A stretch of DNA of 20,111 nt. Source: Anaerolineae bacterium (GTDB taxonomy: Bacteria; Chloroflexota; Anaerolineae; S140-20). This document shows, piece after piece, positions 8,842 through 18,510 of the stretch. The position numbers were made by a program, and so were the translations under genes. Within the stretch, counting starts at the first letter, position 1. Each line of letters starts with the position of its first letter. The notes under the pieces were generated by a model that saw nothing but the letters and a program-made list of their open reading frames with translations, ran no database searches and was not told the origin of the DNA. Location: positions 1 through 20,111 of the forward strand of contig JALUTT010000006.1 of assembly GCA_027021705.1 (NCBI GenBank), given 5' to 3'.

Positions 8842-9390
8842 GTGTCGCGCATTGGTCGGAAACCGATCCCCATCCCCAAGGGTGTAGAAGTCGAGATTCG
8901 GGGCAACGTCGTCCGGGTCCGAGGGCCTAAGGGGGAGCTCACCCGAGAGTTTCACCCCGATATGACCATCGTCCAGGAGGATGGTTACTTGCTGGTCCGG
9001 CGTCCGACGGACCAGCGCCACCACCGGGCCCTCCACGGGTTGACGCGGGCCCTGTTGAACAACATGGTGATCGGCGTCTCCACGGGCTTCCGCAAGGTGC
9101 TGGAGATCGTCGGCGTGGGTTATCGGGCCCAGGTGCGGCCCGACGGCTCGCTCCTGCTCAACCTGGGCTTCTCCCACCCGGTGGAGGTCAAGCCGCCGGA
9201 GAATGTTACCTTCCATATGGAACCCCGATCGAAGGAGATCGTCATCGAGGGGATTGACAAGCAGGTGGTCGGGCAGGTAGCGGCGGAGATCCGTCGCCTC
9301 CGCCCCCCGGAACCCTACAAGGGGAAGGGGATTCGCTACAAGGGTGAGCATGTCCGGCGTAAGGCCGGCAAGGCCGGTAAGGCCAAGTAG
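8842..9390 (+). CDS. rplF: 50S ribosomal protein L6
   Basis: MSRIGRKPIPIP, LEIVGVGYRA, RPPEPYKGKGIRY..E.VRRKAGK. GTG start after GAGGAGGT. Confidence 0.99.
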   Translation: MSRIGRKPIPIPKGVEVEIRGNVVRVRGPKGELTREFHPDMTIVQEDGYLLVRRPTDQRHHRALHGLTRALLNNMVIGVSTGFRKVLEIVGVGYRAQVRPDGSLLLNLGFSHPVEVKPPENVTFHMEPRSKEIVIEGIDKQVVGQVAAEIRRLRPPEPYKGKGIRYKGEHVRRKAGKAGKAK

Positions 9391-9420
9391 CCGGGAAATC
9401 GCGTACGTGGTGAGAGGGTT

Positions 9421-9789
9421 ATGGATAAGAACAAGCAGAAACGGCTGGCACGACTGCGGCGGCATCGCCGGGTGCGCAAACGGGTCTTCGGGACGCCGGA
9501 GCGCCCTCGGTTGAATGTCTACCGAAGCCTGACCCACATCTACGCTCAGATCATTGACGACACCGTGGGCCACACGCTGGCCTCGGCCTCGACCATTGAC
9601 CGGGAGATCCGAGAGCGCGTCGCCGGATTGCCGAAGACGGAGCAAGCCCGGATCGTAGGCCGGGTTCTGGCGGAGCGGGCCCTGGCCAAAGGGGTCACCA
9701 AAGTCGCCTTCGACCGAGGCGGGTACAAGTACCACGGTCGCGTCAAGGCGCTGGCCGAAGGAGCACGCGAAGGAGGGCTGGACTTCTGA
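9421..9789 (+). CDS. rplR: 50S ribosomal protein L18
   Basis: [57 protein letters not shown]. Confidence 0.99.
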   Translation: MDKNKQKRLARLRRHRRVRKRVFGTPERPRLNVYRSLTHIYAQIIDDTVGHTLASASTIDREIRERVAGLPKTEQARIVGRVLAERALAKGVTKVAFDRGGYKYHGRVKALAEGAREGGLDF

Positions 9790-10337
9790 TGAACGGAAAC
9801 CGATTGCGCGACCGGGAAGTCTTCGAGGAGCAGCGGGAGGAGCTCGACGAGCGGGTGGTGGACATCAAGCGGGTGGCCAAGGTGGTGAAGGGTGGCCGTC
9901 GCTTCGCCTTCCGCGTCGTCGTCGTCGTCGGAGACAACAAGGGCCGGGTAGGCGTGGGCGTGGGCAAGGCCCGGGGGGTGCCCGATGCCATCCGCAAGGG
10001 GTTGGAGCGGGCCCGGCGGAATATGATCCGGGTGCCGCTGGTGGATACCACCATCCCCCACGAGGTGATCGGCAAGCAGGGCGGGGCCAAGGTCCTGCTC
10101 AAGCCGGCCTCGCCGGGCACGGGCGTGATCGCCGCCGGCGGCGTCCGGGCCGTCCTGGAGGCGGCCGGCGTGAAGGACATCCTGACCAAGTCCCTGGGCA
10201 GCTCCAACGTCTTGAACGTCGTCTACGCCACCCTCAACGGGCTGTCCCAGCTCAAGTCGGTCGAAGAGGAGGCGGCCCGACGGGGCCTGCCCAAAGAGCG
10301 GGTGATGCCATTCTGGAGTCGGCGCTATGTCCGCTGA
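9789..10337 (+). CDS. rpsE: 30S ribosomal protein S5
   Basis: [54 protein letters not shown] overlap with rplR. Confidence 0.99.
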   Translation: MNGNRLRDREVFEEQREELDERVVDIKRVAKVVKGGRRFAFRVVVVVGDNKGRVGVGVGKARGVPDAIRKGLERARRNMIRVPLVDTTIPHEVIGKQGGAKVLLKPASPGTGVIAAGGVRAVLEAAGVKDILTKSLGSSNVLNVVYATLNGLSQLKSVEEEAARRGLPKERVMPFWSRRYVR

Positions 10338-10533
10338 GAAGAAGCTACGGATCAAGCTGGTGAAGAGTCCCATCGGCTACTCCCGACGCCAGAAAGCGAC
10401 GGTGCGGGCGTTGGGGCTGCGCCGGATGCACCAGACCGTCGTCCGCGAGGATACGCCGGTGATCCGGGGCATGATCGCCAAGGTGAGCCATCTGGTGCAG
10501 GTGGAGACGGTGCCGGCCGAGGAGGAAGCCTAG
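10327..10533 (+). CDS. rpmD: 50S ribosomal protein L30
   Basis: [11 protein letters not shown]...[17 protein letters not shown]...[16 protein letters not shown]. Confidence 0.98.
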   Translation: MSAEKKLRIKLVKSPIGYSRRQKATVRALGLRRMHQTVVREDTPVIRGMIAKVSHLVQVETVPAEEEA

Positions 10534-10594
10534 CCGGCCCATTTCCCTGCCGCCGTGGGACCCGTGACGTCTGAGGCAAGCAGGAGTGAGGTGG

Positions 10595-11074
10595 ATGAAA
10601 TTACACGAACTGCGTCCCCCCGAGGGGGCGAAGAAGAGGCGGAAGCGAGTGGGACGAGGGATTGCGGCCGGCCAGGGCAAGACGGCAGGGCGTGGTACCA
10701 AGGGGCAGAACGCCCGATCGGGCGGTGGGGTCCCTCCCTACTTTGAGGGCGGGCAGCTCCCCGTCGTGCGCAAGCTCCCCTTCGCTCGTGGCGTCGGGTT
10801 CCGCAACCCCAACCGAATTCGCTTCACCCCGGTCAACCTGAAGCGGCTGAAGGGCTTTCAGGCGGGCGACGAGGTGTCGCCGGAAACGCTGGCGGCGGCC
10901 GGGATCATCAAGAAGGCCAGCGAGTTGGTCGTCATCCTGGGCGATGGGGACCTGGATCGTCCCCTGCACTTCAAAGCCCATCGCTTCTCGGCCAGCGCCC
11001 GCCGGAAGATCGAGGCGGCCGGGGGCACCATCGAGGAACTCCCCTACCGGCGGGGAGGCGCTCGGACCCGATAG
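10595..11074 (+). CDS. rplO: 50S ribosomal protein L15
   Basis: MKLHELRPPEGAKKRRKRVGRG...GKTAGRGTKGQNARSG....FEGGQLP...KIEAAGG. ATG 10595. Confidence 0.98.
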   Translation: MKLHELRPPEGAKKRRKRVGRGIAAGQGKTAGRGTKGQNARSGGGVPPYFEGGQLPVVRKLPFARGVGFRNPNRIRFTPVNLKRLKGFQAGDEVSPETLAAAGIIKKASELVVILGDGDLDRPLHFKAHRFSASARRKIEAAGGTIEELPYRRGGARTR

Positions 11075-11102
11075 GACGAGGGGAGCATAGAGGGGGAGTC
11101 GT

Positions 11103-12422
11103 ATGATCCAGGCTGTCCGCAACGCCTTTACCCTGCCCGATCTGCGCAGGAAATTGCTCTTCACCCTGGCCATCCTGATCATCTACCGGCTGGCCGCCCA
11201 CGTTCCCGTGCCGGGTGTCAACCAGGCGGCCCTGAAGAACCTGCTGCAGGGCGGCGGAGCCGGTGGTCAGTTGGTGGGGCTGCTGGACATCCTATCCGGT
11301 GGGGCTGTGGCCACCTTCTCCGTGATGGCGATGGGGGTCTACCCCTACATCACGGCTTCCATCATCTTCCAGCTCCTGGTGCCCATTATCCCCAACCTGG
11401 AGCAGATGCTGAAGGAGGAGGGTGAGGAGGGCCGCAGAAGGCTGGAACGGTACACCTATTACCTGACCGTCCCGCTGGCCGCCCTGCAGGCCATCGGGCA
11501 GGTGCGGCTCTTCGGAAGCATCGGTGGGGAGCCAATTCTTCCCCATTTCGGCTTCAGCGGCCCTCAGTTGCTGCCCACCTTTGCCACCATCGCGGCGATG
11601 ACGGCGGGTACGATGTTCGCCATCTGGCTGGGCGAACTGATCAGCGAGCAGGGGATCGGCAACGGAGTCTCCCTGATCATCTTCGGCGGGATCGTCGCCC
11701 GCATCCCCCAGAACGTGGTGAACATCCTGGTTCAGCAAGGGGTGGGCGGGCTGCTCCTCTTCTTGGCCATCACCGCCATCACCGTCTTCGTCATCGTCGT
11801 CGTCCAGGAGGGGCAGCGCCGTATCCCGGTCCAGTACGGAAAGCGGGTACGAGGGCGTAGGGTTTACGGCGGTCAAGCGACCCATATCCCCCTGCGGGTG
11901 AACACGGCGGGGATGATCCCGCTCATCTTCGCCCAGTCCATCCTGACCTTCCCGGCCATCATCGCCCAGTTCTTCATCACCAGCACCAACCCAACGGTGG
12001 CCAGCTTCGCCCGGTCGGTGACCAACATCTTCAGCGGCACCAGCGGCTGGTACGCGCCGATGTACTTCCTGATGGTCGTGGCTTTCACTTACTTCTACAC
12101 GGACGTGCTGGTGCAGCAGCAGGACCTGCCGGGAGTGTTGCAACGGCAGGGCGGATTCATCCCCGGCATTCGACCGGGAAGGCGGACGGCCGAGTACATC
12201 ACGGCGGTCTACCGGCGCATTACGCTGGTGGGTGCTCTCTTCCTGGGGGCGGTGGCCGTGTTGCCTTTCATCGTGGGCCTCTTCGTGCGCTCGCCCCAGG
12301 GCACGCCCACGCTGTTGATCACCAGCGCCGGCCTGCTCATCGTGGTCGGCGTGGTCGTGGACACGATGCGTCAACTGGAAGCCCAGTTGCTGATGCGTCA
12401 CTACGAGAGCTTCCTGCGGTGA
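11103..12422 (+). CDS. secY: Preprotein translocase subunit SecY
   Basis: LRRKLLFTL, MGVYPYITASII.QLL, WLGELISEQGIGNGVSLIIF, RRIPVQY, GGFIPGIRPG; multiple hydrophobic segments. Confidence 0.99.
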   Translation: MIQAVRNAFTLPDLRRKLLFTLAILIIYRLAAHVPVPGVNQAALKNLLQGGGAGGQLVGLLDILSGGAVATFSVMAMGVYPYITASIIFQLLVPIIPNLEQMLKEEGEEGRRRLERYTYYLTVPLAALQAIGQVRLFGSIGGEPILPHFGFSGPQLLPTFATIAAMTAGTMFAIWLGELISEQGIGNGVSLIIFGGIVARIPQNVVNILVQQGVGGLLLFLAITAITVFVIVVVQEGQRRIPVQYGKRVRGRRVYGGQATHIPLRVNTAGMIPLIFAQSILTFPAIIAQFFITSTNPTVASFARSVTNIFSGTSGWYAPMYFLMVVAFTYFYTDVLVQQQDLPGVLQRQGGFIPGIRPGRRTAEYITAVYRRITLVGALFLGAVAVLPFIVGLFVRSPQGTPTLLITSAGLLIVVGVVVDTMRQLEAQLLMRHYESFLR

Positions 12423-12501
12423 TCCTGAGGGCGATGACCATCAAGTGTCGCACGTGCTCTCAGGTGGTCAGAACGCCAAACGGAGAAGATGGAGGCGGGA
12501 G

Positions 12502-13170
12502 GTGGGCCGCTACATCGTCTTGTTGGGAGCGCCGGGGGCGGGGAAGGGGACTCAGGCCGGTATTCTCTCCCAGGAGATGGGGATTCCCCACGTGGCGACG
12601 GGTGACCTCTTCCGTTACCATCTGAAGGAAGGGACCGAGCTGGGGAGGCTGGCGAAAGCCTATATGGAGCGGGGGGACCTGGTCCCCGACGAGGTGACGG
12701 TGGGGATGGTCCGGGAGCGGCTGAGCCAACCCGACTGTGCCCGAGGGGTGATCCTGGACGGCTTTCCCCGTACCATCGCTCAGGCCGAGGCGCTGGATGC
12801 CCTGCTGGCCGAGCGGGGAGAGCGGGTGACCATCGTCCCCTACATCAGGGTGAGCGAGGAGGTCCTGTTGCAGCGGCTGGGAGGGCGGTGGACTTGTCGC
12901 CGGTGTGGGCGGGTCTACCACATCCTGTTCGACCCGCCGCCGGAACCGGGACGTTGCGAGTGCGGTGGGGAGCTTTACCAGAGGCCCGACGATACGCCCG
13001 AGACCCAGCGACGCCGGATTGAAGTCTACATGGAGCAGACCAGCCCGCTCATCACCTACTATCGAGAGCGCGGGCTGCTGGTCGAGATTGATGGGGAGCA
13101 GGATATTGACGCGGTCCACGAGGCGTTGGCGGCCGCCATTGAGACGGCCTCGGTTCACCAGGACCCGTGA
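12502..13170 (+). CDS. adk: Adenylate kinase (Cys-containing LID)
   Basis: P-loop LLGAPGAGKGTQA, GDLVPDE, ILDGFPRT..QA, LID CRRC...CEC, QRPDD. GTG 12502 after GGAGG. Confidence 0.98.
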   Translation: MGRYIVLLGAPGAGKGTQAGILSQEMGIPHVATGDLFRYHLKEGTELGRLAKAYMERGDLVPDEVTVGMVRERLSQPDCARGVILDGFPRTIAQAEALDALLAERGERVTIVPYIRVSEEVLLQRLGGRWTCRRCGRVYHILFDPPPEPGRCECGGELYQRPDDTPETQRRRIEVYMEQTSPLITYYRERGLLVEIDGEQDIDAVHEALAAAIETASVHQDP

Positions 13171-13942
13171 GGCGGTTGTCTACCTGAAAACGGAAGAGGA
13201 GCTGGCGCTGATGCGCCAGGCTGGCCGGATCGTGGCCGAGGTATTGGCCGCCGTGCGGGAGCGCGTGGCTCCCGGCGTGACGACCGGTGAGCTGGACGCG
13301 CTGGCCGAGGAGATCATTCGCGGCCACGGGGCGATCCCCTCGTTCAAGGGGTACCCCAACAGCCTGCCTGAGGGGCCGCCCTTCCCGGCGACCATCTGCG
13401 CCTCGGTCAACGACGAACTGGTCCACGGCATCCCCGGCCCCCGGGTGCTGCAGGAAGGGGACATCATCTCGGTGGATGTGGGGGCCATCTACCAGGGCTT
13501 CCACGGCGACGCGGCCATCACCATCCCGGTGGGGGAGATCAGCGAGGAGGCCCAGCGGTTGCTGGAGGTGACGGAACAGGCCCTCTACGTGGGCATCGCC
13601 CAGGCCCGGTTAGGGAACCGGACCGGCGACATCGCCTGGGCTATCCAGCAGTATGTGGAATCCCACGGCTTCTCCGTCGTGCGGGAGTACACCAGTCACG
13701 GCATCGGCCGTGAAATGCACGAGGGATTCCAGATGCTGAACGTGGGCCGTCCAGGGCGGGGGCTGCCCTTGCGCCCCGGCATGACCATCGCCCTGGAACC
13801 GATGGTCAACGCGGGAACGTGGAAGACGCGGCTGCTGTCGGATCAGTGGACGGTGGCGACGGCCGATGGCCGGCTCTCCGCCCACTTTGAGCATACCATC
13901 GCCATCACCAACGGCGAGGCGGAGATCCTGACCCGACTGTGA
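13139..13942 (+). CDS. map: Type I methionine aminopeptidase (start uncertain)
   Basis: YLKTEEELALMRQAG, CASVNDELVHGIP, DVGA...GFHGDAA.T, HGIG..MHE, ALEPMVN, SAHFEHT. Candidate starts: TTG 13139, TTG 13106, ATG 13091, ATG 13211. Confidence 0.95.
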   Translation: MRRPRFTRTREAVVYLKTEEELALMRQAGRIVAEVLAAVRERVAPGVTTGELDALAEEIIRGHGAIPSFKGYPNSLPEGPPFPATICASVNDELVHGIPGPRVLQEGDIISVDVGAIYQGFHGDAAITIPVGEISEEAQRLLEVTEQALYVGIAQARLGNRTGDIAWAIQQYVESHGFSVVREYTSHGIGREMHEGFQMLNVGRPGRGLPLRPGMTIALEPMVNAGTWKTRLLSDQWTVATADGRLSAHFEHTIAITNGEAEILTRL

Positions 13943-14020
13943 ATCCAAGATGGGCTAGGACCCTCCCGCGAGTTCGCACCGCGTGACCTGCGGGAAGGTG
14001 ACAGAAGGGAGAGAAGTGCG

Positions 14021-14134
14021 ATGAAAGTCTCAGCATCGGTGAAGCGCCGTTGTCCCAAGTGTAAGATCGTGCGACGTCGGGGGGTTGTCTACGTGATCTG
14101 CGAGAACCCCAAGCACAAGCAGCGACAGGGATAG
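14021..14134 (+). CDS. rpmJ: 50S ribosomal protein L36, Zn-ribbon form (not in ORF track)
   Basis: Translated by hand: [37 protein letters not shown] (37 aa). Confidence 0.98.
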   Translation: MKVSASVKRRCPKCKIVRRRGVVYVICENPKHKQRQG

Positions 14135-14179
14135 GGGTCCGAAGGGGGGCACGCCCTTGAGTTCATTCAGGAGGGAGCG

Positions 14180-14569
14180 ATGGCTCGTATCGCGGGGGTA
14201 GACCTGCCCCGTAACAAACGTGTGGAAATCGGTCTGACCTACATCTATGGGATCGGACGCTCTTTGAGCAACGAGATCTTGCGCCAGGCCGGCGTGGATC
14301 CCAACACCCGGGTGAAGGACCTCTCGGAAGAGGAGATCACCCGCCTGCGCGAGATCATCGAGCGCAACTATCGGGTGGAGGGAGACCTCCGGCGGGAAGT
14401 GCAGATGAACATCAAGCGGCTGATGGAGATCGGCTGCTATCGGGGGCTGCGCCACCGGCGGAACCTGCCGGTGCGGGGGCAGCGGACGCGGACCAATGCC
14501 CGGACCAAACGAGGTCCTCGCAAGACCGTCCCCGGGCGTGGCCGCCGGCGAGGGATGAAGAAGAAGTAG
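14180..14569 (+). CDS. rpsM: 30S ribosomal protein S13
   Basis: [53 protein letters not shown]. Confidence 0.99.
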   Translation: MARIAGVDLPRNKRVEIGLTYIYGIGRSLSNEILRQAGVDPNTRVKDLSEEEITRLREIIERNYRVEGDLRREVQMNIKRLMEIGCYRGLRHRRNLPVRGQRTRTNARTKRGPRKTVPGRGRRRGMKKK

Positions 14570-14599
14570 GGCGTCAGCAGGGAGTGGGAAGGAGGCGAT

Positions 14600-15001
14600 A
14601 TGGCACGAAGACGAGGTACAGGACGGCGTCGTGGGCCGCGTAAGGTGCGGAAGAACGTGCCGCATGGGCAGGCACACATCCATGCCACGTTCAACAACAC
14701 CATCGTCACGATGACCGACCTGGAAGGGAATGTGATCAACTGGGCGAGTGCGGGCACCGTGGGGTTCAAAGGGTCCCGCAAGAGCACGCCCTATGCCGCC
14801 CGCCTGGCTGCCGAGCAGGCGGCCAAGGTGGCGATGGACAACGGGATGCGGGAGGTGGACATCTACGTGAAGGGGCCTGGTCCGGGGCGGGAGGCGGCCA
14901 TCCGGGCCATCCAGGCCGCGGGCCTCAAGGTCCTCTCCATCACCGATGTCACGCCTATCCCCCACAACGGTTGTCGCCCGCCCAAGAAGCGAAGAGTCTG
15001 A
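14600..15001 (+). CDS. rpsK: 30S ribosomal protein S11
   Basis: [58 protein letters not shown]. Confidence 0.99.
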   Translation: MARRRGTGRRRGPRKVRKNVPHGQAHIHATFNNTIVTMTDLEGNVINWASAGTVGFKGSRKSTPYAARLAAEQAAKVAMDNGMREVDIYVKGPGPGREAAIRAIQAAGLKVLSITDVTPIPHNGCRPPKKRRV

Positions 15002-15019
15002 TCTGAGGTTGGAGGACCT

Positions 15020-15664
15020 ATGGCGAGGTACACAGGACCGGTTTGCAAGCTGTGCCGTCGGGCTGGGGAAAAGCTCTATCTGAAGGGGGAGCGCTGCTAC
15101 ACGCCCAAGTGCGCCCTGGAGCGGAAGGGGTATGCGCCGGGGCAGCACGGGCGGGAGGCGCAGTACAGCCGTCGGCGTGCCTCCGACTATGCCCGGCAGC
15201 TGCGGGAGAAGCAGAAGGCCCGGCGGATCTATGGCGTGCTGGAGCGGCAGTTCCGGCGCTACTACAAGCAGGCCCTCAAGAAGCGGGGAATGACCGGCGA
15301 GAACCTGCTGATTATCCTGGAGAGCCGGCTGGACAACGTGATCTATCGGCTGGGGTTTGCCGATTCACGAGCCCAGGCCCGACAACTGGTGCAGCACGGT
15401 CATTTTGTCGTCAACGGGCGGCGGACCAACATCCCGTCTTACCTGGTGAAGCCCGGCGATCAGATCATCGTGCGGGAAGGGAGCCGCAAGCGACGCTACT
15501 TCAAGGAACGGGCTCAACTGCTGAGCGACTACGTGCAGCGCGTGCCGGCCTGGCTGGTCCTCGACCCTCAGCAGATGTCCGCCCGGGTGTTGCGGCTTCC
15601 CACCCGTGAGGAGATTGATCTGCCCTTGCAGGAACAGTTGATCGTTGAGTACTACTCTCGCTAG
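15020..15664 (+). CDS. rpsD: 30S ribosomal protein S4
   Basis: [24 protein letters not shown]...[32 protein letters not shown]. Confidence 0.99.
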   Translation: MARYTGPVCKLCRRAGEKLYLKGERCYTPKCALERKGYAPGQHGREAQYSRRRASDYARQLREKQKARRIYGVLERQFRRYYKQALKKRGMTGENLLIILESRLDNVIYRLGFADSRAQARQLVQHGHFVVNGRRTNIPSYLVKPGDQIIVREGSRKRRYFKERAQLLSDYVQRVPAWLVLDPQQMSARVLRLPTREEIDLPLQEQLIVEYYSR

Positions 15665-15750
15665 TCCGCGATCGGGGCCGAGGGGGCTGCTGGAAAACGC
15701 CCCGGTCGTCGGCAGGTAGGGGCAAAGGATCAGGGAATTCCAGAGGCGCC

Positions 15751-15805
15751 ATTTGCCATCTGCAATTTGCAATCTGCAATTTGCAATTCGCAATTCGCAC
15801 TCGCA
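15751..15805. repeat. 7-bp tandem repeat ATYYGCA (7 full units plus 1 partial)
   Basis: atttgcc atctgca atttgca atctgca atttgca attcgca attcgca ctcgca, flanked by the inverted repeat 15733-15746/15807-15820. Confidence 0.92.
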
Positions 15806-15846
15806 CCCTCTGAGATTCCCAACGGGTACCTGGGGAGGATGGTCTG

Positions 15847-16821
15847 TTGACTACGACGTTGGTTTTGCCCAAGATTGAGACCGATGTCATCTCGCGGAAC
15901 TATGGCCGGTTCATCATCGGCCCTTTGGAGAGCGGCTACGGCATCACGCTGGGGAATGCCCTGCGGCGTGTGTTGCTCAGCTCCCTGCCGGGGGCAGCCG
16001 TGACCTCCATCCGCGTGAGTGACGTGCATCACGAGTTTTCGGAGATCCCCCACGTCCGGGAGGATATGACCCAGTTGATCCTCCAGATCAAGCAGCTGCG
16101 GTTGATCCTGCACGGCGAGGAGCCGGTGCGGATGCGCCTGGACGTGCAAGGGGAGGGAACGGTGGTGGCGGCTGACATCCAAGCGCCGGCCGAGGTGGAG
16201 ATCGTCAACCCTGACCTCTACCTCTTCACCGTGGACGACGAGAACGCCCAGCTTGAGATCGAAATGACGGTGGAGAAGGGTCGGGGATACTCGCCCGCCG
16301 AGGAGCGGGGACGGCTTCCCATTGGCGAACTCCCGGTGGATGCCATCTTCAGCCCTGTCCGCAAGGTCAACTACAACGTGGAGCGGACGCGGGTGGGGCA
16401 GATCACCGACTACGATCGGCTGGTGATGGAGATCTGGACCGATGGGACGATCCGTCCCAGCGAGGCGCTGAGCGAGGCGGCCAAGATCCTGCTCACCCAC
16501 CTGCGCCTCATCGCCGGCGTAAGCGAAGAAGAAGAGCCCGTCGAAGAGGGAGAAGAGGTCGAGGAGGCCATTCCTCAGGAGCTCTACGAGCGGCCCATCG
16601 AGGAACTGGACCTGAGCGTGCGCGTCTTCAACTCCCTCAAGCGAACGGGCATCACCAGCGTCGGTGAGGTGCTGGAGATGATGGAGCGGGGCGAGGAGGC
16701 GATGCTCACCATTCGCAACTTCGGTGAGAAGTCCCTCCAGGAGCTGAAGGAGAAGCTGCGCGCCCGGGGCTACCTGGCCTATCTGGAGCGCAAGCAGATG
16801 GCTGCTGAGAAGGAAGCGTGA
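15847..16821 (+). CDS. rpoA: DNA-directed RNA polymerase subunit alpha
   Basis: [38 protein letters not shown], alpha-[20 protein letters not shown]...[13 protein letters not shown] start after GGGGAGG. Confidence 0.99.
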   Translation: MTTTLVLPKIETDVISRNYGRFIIGPLESGYGITLGNALRRVLLSSLPGAAVTSIRVSDVHHEFSEIPHVREDMTQLILQIKQLRLILHGEEPVRMRLDVQGEGTVVAADIQAPAEVEIVNPDLYLFTVDDENAQLEIEMTVEKGRGYSPAEERGRLPIGELPVDAIFSPVRKVNYNVERTRVGQITDYDRLVMEIWTDGTIRPSEALSEAAKILLTHLRLIAGVSEEEEPVEEGEEVEEAIPQELYERPIEELDLSVRVFNSLKRTGITSVGEVLEMMERGEEAMLTIRNFGEKSLQELKEKLRARGYLAYLERKQMAAEKEA

Positions 16822-16843
16822 AGCATCGGGGAGGACTGAGAGG

Positions 16844-17230
16844 ATGCGGCATCGTGTAGCAGGTCGGAGATTGAACCGTTCGATGGGGCACCGGACAGCC
16901 CTGCGGCGGAACCTGGTGACGGAACTGTTCCGCCACGAGCAGATCAAGACCACAGAAGCCAAGGCCAAGGCCATTCGGGGCCAAGCGGAGAAGCTGATCA
17001 CCCTGGCCAAGCGGGGGCTGCGGGCGGCCGAAGAGGACCCGGCGCGGGGCGTCCACGCCCGTCGGCTGGCCCACGGTCGTCTGAACGATCCGGCCATCGT
17101 CAAGAAGCTCTTCGACGAGATCGCGCCCCGCTACATGGACCGTCCGGGGGGGTACACGCGCATCTACAAGCTGGGGGTGCGCAAGGGAGACGCGGCCCCG
17201 ATGGTGATCCTGGAACTGGTTGAGGAGTAG
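16844..17230 (+). CDS. rplQ: 50S ribosomal protein L17
   Basis: [44 protein letters not shown]...RKGDAAPM. Confidence 0.99.
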   Translation: MRHRVAGRRLNRSMGHRTALRRNLVTELFRHEQIKTTEAKAKAIRGQAEKLITLAKRGLRAAEEDPARGVHARRLAHGRLNDPAIVKKLFDEIAPRYMDRPGGYTRIYKLGVRKGDAAPMVILELVEE

Positions 17231-17255
17231 CGGGTCGGGCGGCACGAGGCGCACC

Positions 17256-18029
17256 GTGGCGCGGGTTCGGGCGATTGTGGCCTACGATGGCACCGACTTC
17301 GCCGGCTTCCAGCGGCAGACCAACGCGCCTACGGTGCAGGGGGCGCTGGAGCAGGCGCTGGCGACCATTGGGCAGCCGGGGCGGGTCCTGGCCGCCGGCC
17401 GTACCGACGCCGGGGTTCACGCCACCGGCCAGGTGATCGCCTTCGACGTGGACTGGCCCCACCCGCTGGAGGAGCTGCAGCGGGCGTTGAACGCCGTGCT
17501 GCCGGAGGCCATCGCCATCTGGGAGGTGGCCTGGGCTGCGCCGGACTTCCACCCGCGCTTTCAGGCCCGCAGCCGGACCTACCGGTACACCCTTTACAAC
17601 GCACCGGTCCGCGATCCCCTGCGACGGCGCACCGCCTACCACGTGGCTGCGCCGCTGGACGTGGGGGCGATGCAGGAGGCAGCTCGCTTCCTCGTAGGGG
17701 AGCACGATTTCGCGGCCTTCGGACGCCCCCCCAAGGGGGAGAACACCGTGCGCCGGGTCCTCCGGGCCGAGTGGTCGGCCCAGAGGCCGTTGATCACCTT
17801 CGAGATCGAGGCGACGGCCTTCCTCTACCGGATGGTGCGGCGTATCGTGGGAACCCTGCTGCCGGTGGGGTGGGGAAAGGTTGGGCCGGAGCACGTGGCA
17901 GAAGTGTTGGCCTCCCGGGACCCAAGTTTGGCCGGGCCGACCGTCCCGCCCCACGGACTCTGTCTGGTGGCTGTATCCTATCCCGAAACGGAGAATTCCG
18001 AAACTCGGATCCCGAACGCGAGGAGTTAG
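17256..18029 (+). CDS. truA: tRNA pseudouridine(38-40) synthase TruA
   Basis: [13 protein letters not shown], catalytic [48 protein letters not shown] 17256. Confidence 0.97.
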   Translation: MARVRAIVAYDGTDFAGFQRQTNAPTVQGALEQALATIGQPGRVLAAGRTDAGVHATGQVIAFDVDWPHPLEELQRALNAVLPEAIAIWEVAWAAPDFHPRFQARSRTYRYTLYNAPVRDPLRRRTAYHVAAPLDVGAMQEAARFLVGEHDFAAFGRPPKGENTVRRVLRAEWSAQRPLITFEIEATAFLYRMVRRIVGTLLPVGWGKVGPEHVAEVLASRDPSLAGPTVPPHGLCLVAVSYPETENSETRIPNARS

Positions 18030-18033
18030 TAGC

Positions 18034-18510
18034 GTGAAGAGCAAAACCTACGTGACCAAACCTGGCGAGGTGGAGCGGACGTGGTACGTGGTGGACGCCA
18101 GCGGTCAGACCTTGGGCCGGCTGGCCTCCCGGATCGCCCACATCCTGCGGGGCAAGCACAAGCCCACCTACAGCCCCTCGGTGGATGTGGGGGACTACGT
18201 CATCGTCATCAACGCCGAAAAGGTGCGGGTGACCGGTCGGAAGCTGGACCAGAAAATCTACTACCGCCACTCCGGCTATCCGGGGGGGCTGAAGCAGATC
18301 TCCCTGCGGGATCAGCTCGCCAAGCATCCCACCCGGGTGATCGAGGCGGCGGTGCGCGGGATGCTGCCGCGCAACCGGCTGGGGCGGCGGATGTTTAAGA
18401 AGCTCAAGGTCTACGCCGGGCCGGAGCATCCCCACCAGGCTCAGAACCCCAAGCCCCTGGACCTGGACCGGGTGGTGAGAGGTGTGGTGAAGGAGGAGAA
18501 GGGAGCATGA
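18034..18510 (+). CDS. rplM: 50S ribosomal protein L13
   Basis: [65 protein letters not shown] 18034 after AGGAG. Confidence 0.98.
   Translation: MKSKTYVTKPGEVERTWYVVDASGQTLGRLASRIAHILRGKHKPTYSPSVDVGDYVIVINAEKVRVTGRKLDQKIYYRHSGYPGGLKQISLRDQLAKHPTRVIEAAVRGMLPRNRLGRRMFKKLKVYAGPEHPHQAQNPKPLDLDRVVRGVVKEEKGA

Noticed and set aside
12419..12625. 68-aa ORF overlapping the secY stop, with a CRTC motif
   Set aside because: It runs out of frame deep into adk and resembles no family I recognise.
12905..13090. 345-aa map ORF starting at 12905
   Set aside because: It overlaps about 265 nt of adk and the extension has no Map similarity.
1394..18036. Frequent TTG/GTG starts (rplD, rpsC, rpsN, rplF, adk, rpoA, truA, rplM)
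   Set aside because: Real, but common in high-GC genomes and each has an SD-like sequence.
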